Assembly: GCA_965242725.1 (NCBI GenBank)
Contig: CBDESZ010000025.1
Coordinates: 192,001 to 256,000, forward strand
Source: Alkalispirochaeta sp.
GTDB taxonomy: Bacteria; Spirochaetota; Spirochaetia; DSM-27196; Alkalispirochaetaceae
Length of the DNA stretch: 64,000 bases
Reading direction: 5' to 3'
The notes under the pieces were generated by a model. That model did not search any database. It saw only the letters and a program-made list of their open reading frames with translations, and was not told where the DNA came from. Shown here in pieces: positions 59,369 to 64,000 of the stretch (its first letter is position 1; every line of letters starts with the position of its first letter). The position numbers and the translations under genes were made by a program.

Positions 59369-60816
59369 CGCCCGCCGGTGGCCGGAGGCAGAGATACTAT
59401 AAAGCGGGACCCCGATGAATTGTTCAATGCGTCTTCCACGCGGATGCGCCCTCCGTGCATTTGTACAAGTTCCGACGTTATCGCAAGACCAAGCCCGGAT
59501 CCGCCGCCGGATCTGTTACGGTCATTGTCGATGCGGACAAAGCGCTTGAAGATCCGCTCCCGGTCGGAGACGTTGATTCCCGGTCCATGATCTTCAATCG
59601 CGATTTCTATCCATGTGTCGTTACCTTCCCGTTTCGACGTCGCTTCTATGAGAATTTCTCCCGATGACGGGGTGTATCGAATGGCATTGCCGATGAGATT
59701 TGACATTATCTGTTGAAACCGTTGGGGATCGACAACGATATACTCCGATGCCACCTGAGGCGCGACGGACAGACGGAGCGTTATCCGTCGTTCATACGCT
59801 GCCGGTTCCATTCTGCTGCACGTCCCGTGGAGCGCCTCCTCGACGCTCCACGGTTGCAGTGACAGGGAGAGTTTTCCCGCGTCCGCTCTGGCGAGAGTCT
59901 GGAGGTCGTCCACGAGATCTCCCAGTCGTTCAACGTCGTGGGTGAGTGCAGACCATTGCTCGTCGTCGGTCCGGTAGATACCCTCCCGCAGCATCTGTAT
60001 ACGTGCCGTCAACAGGGATATGGGAGTCCGGAGCTCGTGCGCCGCGTCGCCGACAAAGCGCTTTCTGCTCTCCTCCTGGGCCTGGATTTCGCCCGCCATC
60101 GCGTTAAAACGCACAACGAGATCGGCAAGTTCGTGTTGGCCCCGGGGAACGGGTGCACGTTCCGCATAGTTTCCCGTTGAGATTTCTCCCGAGGCGTGGT
60201 GAAGATCACGGATCGGCTGGAGCAGCCACCGTACCCAGAACACGCTAATGGCGGATACCGACAGGAAAAGGACGATCCCTGCGACCACCGCGGCACGCAG
60301 AGTGCTCCGGAGAAAAACCGTTGAGAGGAGATTACTCTCCGCTGCAACCATCGCGCCCACAAAGAGATACCCCTCCTCGCCATCGGGCAGTTCAATCGGT
60401 ACGCCATCGCGGATATCCAGTGTACCCGGAAGTTGCCGGGGAAGCGAATCGGGGACACTCCGTCGGAAGAGCACGCTCCCGTCGTCGGCGACGATGACAA
60501 TCGGTTGATCAAGAAAGGGCGATGGTACATTCGGTCTCCGCCTGTTTCCCATCATCGGCGGCATCATGCGATGAGAACCGGCGGGATCGCGAGGCTCCGA
60601 GAAGAGGGGGCCTGCATCATCCCAGGAGCGTTCATTCCGGAAATACTCCTCGATCCACGGTGCAAGGCGCTGCGCCGTTGCCCGGTCAACGTCAAGGCCC
60701 GTCCGGAGCGCCTGGCGGGATGTTGTCGTTACGACGACGACGGCAAATATGACAAGAACCAGGAGCGCTATTGCGGCATGGCTTGCGACGAGGCGTCCGG
60801 AAATCCCTATCTTCAT
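59359..60816 (-). CDS. HAMP sensor histidine kinase (BaeS-like)
   Basis: AHELRTP, NLIGNAIRY, DHGPGI, GSGLGL. Confidence 0.93.
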   Translation of the reverse strand: MKIGISGRLVASHAAIALLVLVIFAVVVVTTTSRQALRTGLDVDRATAQRLAPWIEEYFRNERSWDDAGPLFSEPRDPAGSHRMMPPMMGNRRRPNVPSPFLDQPIVIVADDGSVLFRRSVPDSLPRQLPGTLDIRDGVPIELPDGEEGYLFVGAMVAAESNLLSTVFLRSTLRAAVVAGIVLFLSVSAISVFWVRWLLQPIRDLHHASGEISTGNYAERAPVPRGQHELADLVVRFNAMAGEIQAQEESRKRFVGDAAHELRTPISLLTARIQMLREGIYRTDDEQWSALTHDVERLGDLVDDLQTLARADAGKLSLSLQPWSVEEALHGTCSRMEPAAYERRITLRLSVAPQVASEYIVVDPQRFQQIMSNLIGNAIRYTPSSGEILIEATSKREGNDTWIEIAIEDHGPGINVSDRERIFKRFVRIDNDRNRSGGGSGLGLAITSELVQMHGGRIRVEDALNNSSGSRFIVSLPPATGGRHG

Positions 60817-61514
60817 ACCTCTTCCAATCGATACCCGACACCCCAGACGGTCTTCAGCCGTTTTGGAGAGGCAGGATCACGTTCAATCTGTTTTCGTATT
60901 TTGCCGATATGGACGTCCACCGTGCGTTCATACCCCTCAAAGGCGTGGTCCTGGAAGGTTTCCAGGAGCTGAAGTCGGGTGAAGACGCGTCCCGGAAAGC
61001 GGGCCATCGCCGTTAATATGGAGAACTGTGCGGCCGTCAGTTCCGCGGATTTCCCGTCAACGGTAACGGTGTGCTGCTCCTCATTGATCACGATACCGCC
61101 GACGGAAACGGGCCCGTGGCGTCGCTGTGCCGACGAGTCGGTCTGCCCCGTGCCGGCGGTCCGGCGCAGGACGGCGGTGATACGCATGGAGAGCTCCGGG
61201 AGACTGAACGGTTTTACGAGATAGTCGTCGACGCCGGCGGAGAATCCCGCGAGACGGTCTTCCTCTTCCCCCCGGGCACTGATAATGACGATGGGAATGG
61301 TCGTCTGGCCGGTCACCGTTCTGGCGACATCGATACCCGCCAGACCGGGAAGGTTGAGGTCCAGAACGACCAGGTCCGGGGGACTCTGGAAAATTTCCTT
61401 TATCGCCGCGGACCCGTCATAGACGTGCCGGACATTGTGCCCGGCACGTTTGAGATAGTCGCCGACCATATGGTTCAGCTCTTTTTCATCTTCTACGATC
61501 AGTATGGTTGCCAT
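60813..61514 (-). CDS. OmpR-family response regulator
   Basis: VEDE, LDLNLPG, DDYLVKPF, RTVDVHI, TVWGVGY. Confidence 0.95.
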   Translation of the reverse strand: MATILIVEDEKELNHMVGDYLKRAGHNVRHVYDGSAAIKEIFQSPPDLVVLDLNLPGLAGIDVARTVTGQTTIPIVIISARGEEEDRLAGFSAGVDDYLVKPFSLPELSMRITAVLRRTAGTGQTDSSAQRRHGPVSVGGIVINEEQHTVTVDGKSAELTAAQFSILTAMARFPGRVFTRLQLLETFQDHAFEGYERTVDVHIGKIRKQIERDPASPKRLKTVWGVGYRLEEV

Positions 61515-61604
61515 TGCTGATTCGTATTCTAACACCTGCCACGAAAATTGACGGCATCAGCCGAATATTTTCAATAGTCCCCGGAGCGCAACGCGGCAGG
61601 GGAC

Positions 61605-62129
61605 CTATCGCCGGGGCGCGTTCCAGCCGTTGGGCCGGTCGGTGCCGAAATATCCGCGACCGTGCATTCCGCCGTAGGGGCGGGCACCCCATCGTCCGCC
61701 GATTCCGTCGTCGGGAGCGACGAACTTCGTTCCACCGCTCTCAAGAGTTGCGACGTGGATGACCCGGTATGTCGTGAGCAGGTCGGGACTCTTCATCTCC
61801 ACGAGATCTCCCGTTACGGTGATTTCCTGGCCGTTTCGCAGATTAACCTCATCGATGAGGGCCGGGTGAATCCGAAGAGTATAGGTCACGGAACCGACCG
61901 TCATCGCCGGAAATTCGTTTTCCGCCAGGACGAGACGTCCCGTTCGCTGTACCTCTTCAACTTCCACGTCACGTCCGGCGTAGCCGTACCCCGGCCCGCC
62001 CATTCCGGGACCATGGAACCCCCACCCGTCGCTTCCCTGGAAACCGGGGCCCGACATTCTTCCCTGCGCCGCAGCGACGCCGAAAACCAGAACAATCATC
62101 ACACTTCCCAACAGTATTGTACGTTTCAT
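61605..62129 (-). CDS. Exported Gly-rich hypothetical protein
   Basis: Signal peptide, Gly/Met/His-rich termini, beta-rich core; AGGAGG RBS. Confidence 0.75.
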   Translation of the reverse strand: MKRTILLGSVMIVLVFGVAAAQGRMSGPGFQGSDGWGFHGPGMGGPGYGYAGRDVEVEEVQRTGRLVLAENEFPAMTVGSVTYTLRIHPALIDEVNLRNGQEITVTGDLVEMKSPDLLTTYRVIHVATLESGGTKFVAPDDGIGGRWGARPYGGMHGRGYFGTDRPNGWNAPRR

Positions 62130-62177
62130 CGTACACCTCCTAACGTAATGTCTGATGGAGATGATATCCGTCGAATA

Positions 62178-62215
62178 TGAAGAAAGATTGAAGCGTCTCT
62201 GTTAGTTCTATGAAA
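62178..62215. promoter_or_regulatory. Phased TGAA(G/A) direct repeats, possible OmpR-family binding site
   Basis: TGAAG at 62178 and 62189, TGAAA at 62211 (11 and 22 bp spacing). Confidence 0.4.
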
Positions 62216-62264
62216 TTGCATCTCCCACCGGTCGCGTTTGCGACATTTTGTTATAATGAAGGGA

Positions 62265-64000
62265 ATGAAACGCACCGGGTCGAAATTGTCAGTCTGTCTA
62301 TGGATGTTGAGCGTCTTATTTGTCGTTACCCGGGTGCCCGTCATGGGACAGGATTTCTTTTCCGGGGATCGACCGCCGCGGCTGAACCTGATCGACCGTT
62401 CAAACGGGTTGCCCCACAACTCCGTATCGGCCATTCAACAGGATGCCCGCGGTTTCCTCTGGTTCGGTACACAGGGCGGGTTGGCCCGTTACGACGGAAA
62501 ATCATTCAAAATATATAAAAGTATTCCCTTTGACCCGGAGTCGCTGCCGCATAACCTCGTTCAGACAGTCTATTACGAAGAAAAGAGGGATACCCTATGG
62601 GTAGGGACTTATAACGGTCTGGCCCGTTTTGTTCTTGGCGAGACGGGATTCACAGACTACCAGTATGATCCCGATGACGATACAACGATTTCCGAAAACG
62701 TGGTCATTGCGGTGGGAGAAGGTCCTGACGGCGAGATATGGGTTGGTACCCAGAAAGGCCTCAACCGTTTTGAGGAGAACGGTACCTTTCGCCGGTTTTC
62801 AATAGAGGGCGACGTTGTACGTGCGATTTATACCGACTCCCGGGGTACGATGTGGGTCGGTACCTACGGAGGTCTCTTTTACTGGGATGCAGGGGAGGAA
62901 CGCTTCGTCGCGGAGGAACAGCTCTGGAGTTCCCCTGCCGTGATGGCCATCACCGAGGTGGAACCGGGAGTGCTTCTCCTGGGAACGTGGGGTGCCGAGC
63001 CCGATGTGGGAGGCGTCGTTCTTCTGGACGTCGATACCGGCACGGTCACGGAACATCATCTTCCGGACAACCGGGTGTATACGGTCCTCAGCGCATCTGA
63101 CGGTACCGTCTGGGCGGGAACGTGGGGAGGCGGCCTTCACGTCATTACCGACGAAGGAGAGCGGTTTGAATTTGGCGCCGTCTCGCCGGAGGGACTGGCG
63201 TCGCCTGTCGTCTATTCACTCCTTGAAGATACCTCCGGACTCGTCTGGGTCGGGACAAACGGAGGCGGGGTACATTACCTCAGTCCCCGGAGACGCAATT
63301 TCCGCGCCTTTTTTCACGATTCTGAAAACCCGGCTACGCTTCCCGCCGGAAAGGTCAACGCCATTCTGCGCGACAGCCGGGGTATTCTCTGGGTCGGATT
63401 GTACAGCGGAGGGCTTGCGCGATACGACGCGGAAGATAATCGCTGGGTACAATATGACCGGGATCCCGGGAATCCCTATTCCCTGGCAAACGACATCGTC
63501 ACCGACATTTATGAGGACCGCGACGGAAACCTTTGGATCGGCACCAACGGCGGCCTGCAATTATATGACCGCGAAAGCGATCGCTTTCTTCGCTGGGGTG
63601 AACATATCTATCAGGATCTGCCCTTTGAAGGAACAATTGTCTACCGTCTCGGTGAGGACTCATACGGCAATTTCTGGATCGGCACCTATCATGCGGGGGT
63701 AACGGTTGTCGACAGGAGTCGGGGGGAAGCAAAAAACTTTCAGAGCGACCCGAATGATCCGGCGAGTCTCTCGGACAATCTGGTATTCGACTTTCTTCTC
63801 GACAGCAATGACGACTTCTGGATTGCCACCAACGGGGGGCTTAACAGGTTTCGTCCGGGAAGCGGTGACTTTGAGGTGTTCCGATATGCAATGGACAAAC
63901 CCGACGGATTGACGAGCAACACCGTACGGGTCCTCTTTGAAGACTCCCGCCGCAATTTCTGGATCGGAACGGTAAGTGGAGGACTCAACCGTCTCGATCG
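62265..64000 (+). CDS. Two-component-regulator beta-propeller sensor protein, 3'-truncated by window edge
   Basis: Signal peptide, then GLPHNSVSAIQQDARGFLWFGTQGGLARYDG and many D..G.LW.GT repeats; frame open to the window end (absent from ORF track). Confidence 0.9.
   Translation, partial: MKRTGSKLSVCLWMLSVLFVVTRVPVMGQDFFSGDRPPRLNLIDRSNGLPHNSVSAIQQDARGFLWFGTQGGLARYDGKSFKIYKSIPFDPESLPHNLVQTVYYEEKRDTLWVGTYNGLARFVLGETGFTDYQYDPDDDTTISENVVIAVGEGPDGEIWVGTQKGLNRFEENGTFRRFSIEGDVVRAIYTDSRGTMWVGTYGGLFYWDAGEERFVAEEQLWSSPAVMAITEVEPGVLLLGTWGAEPDVGGVVLLDVDTGTVTEHHLPDNRVYTVLSASDGTVWAGTWGGGLHVITDEGERFEFGAVSPEGLASPVVYSLLEDTSGLVWVGTNGGGVHYLSPRRRNFRAFFHDSENPATLPAGKVNAILRDSRGILWVGLYSGGLARYDAEDNRWVQYDRDPGNPYSLANDIVTDIYEDRDGNLWIGTNGGLQLYDRESDRFLRWGEHIYQDLPFEGTIVYRLGEDSYGNFWIGTYHAGVTVVDRSRGEAKNFQSDPNDPASLSDNLVFDFLLDSNDDFWIATNGGLNRFRPGSGDFEVFRYAMDKPDGLTSNTVRVLFEDSRRNFWIGTVSGGLNRLD

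Overview
GC-rich bacterial chromosomal segment, most likely from a free-living spirochaete (Spirochaetaceae-like). This is inferred from the ATP-type clade-X PFK, the PTS-IIA/CPA2 antiporter pair, the FemX-like gene and the FSPNGDG-repeat OmpA lipoprotein. About 59 CDS: glycolysis (pfk, pgi), the AmmeMemoRadiSam trio, an MCP, RNA methyltransferases, an AraC-linked L-rhamnose uptake/catabolism cluster, trpB2, a Zn/Mn ABC importer, TetR-MATE-AKR, an NSS transporter with a tiny MetS-type subunit, an ATP-grasp/peptidase C26 pair, mltG, panE, purB, a PurD-HisI fusion and two-component genes. No rRNA, tRNA, CRISPR array or mobile element was seen. Best leads: (1) a small ribbon-helix-helix + Cys/His protein whose own promoter and the promoter of the neighbouring metal ABC operon share a 19-bp operator-like box, suggesting a non-Zur/non-TroR metal-uptake regulator; (2) an orphan ~230-nt promoter-to-terminator GGA-rich RNA between pfk and pgi; (3) the PurD-HisI fusion facing a COG0523 GTPase that has lost its CxCC metal site; (4) a TatD gene that appears to need an AUA start; (5) many apparently leaderless genes. 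All family calls come from motif recognition by eye; no database searches were run.
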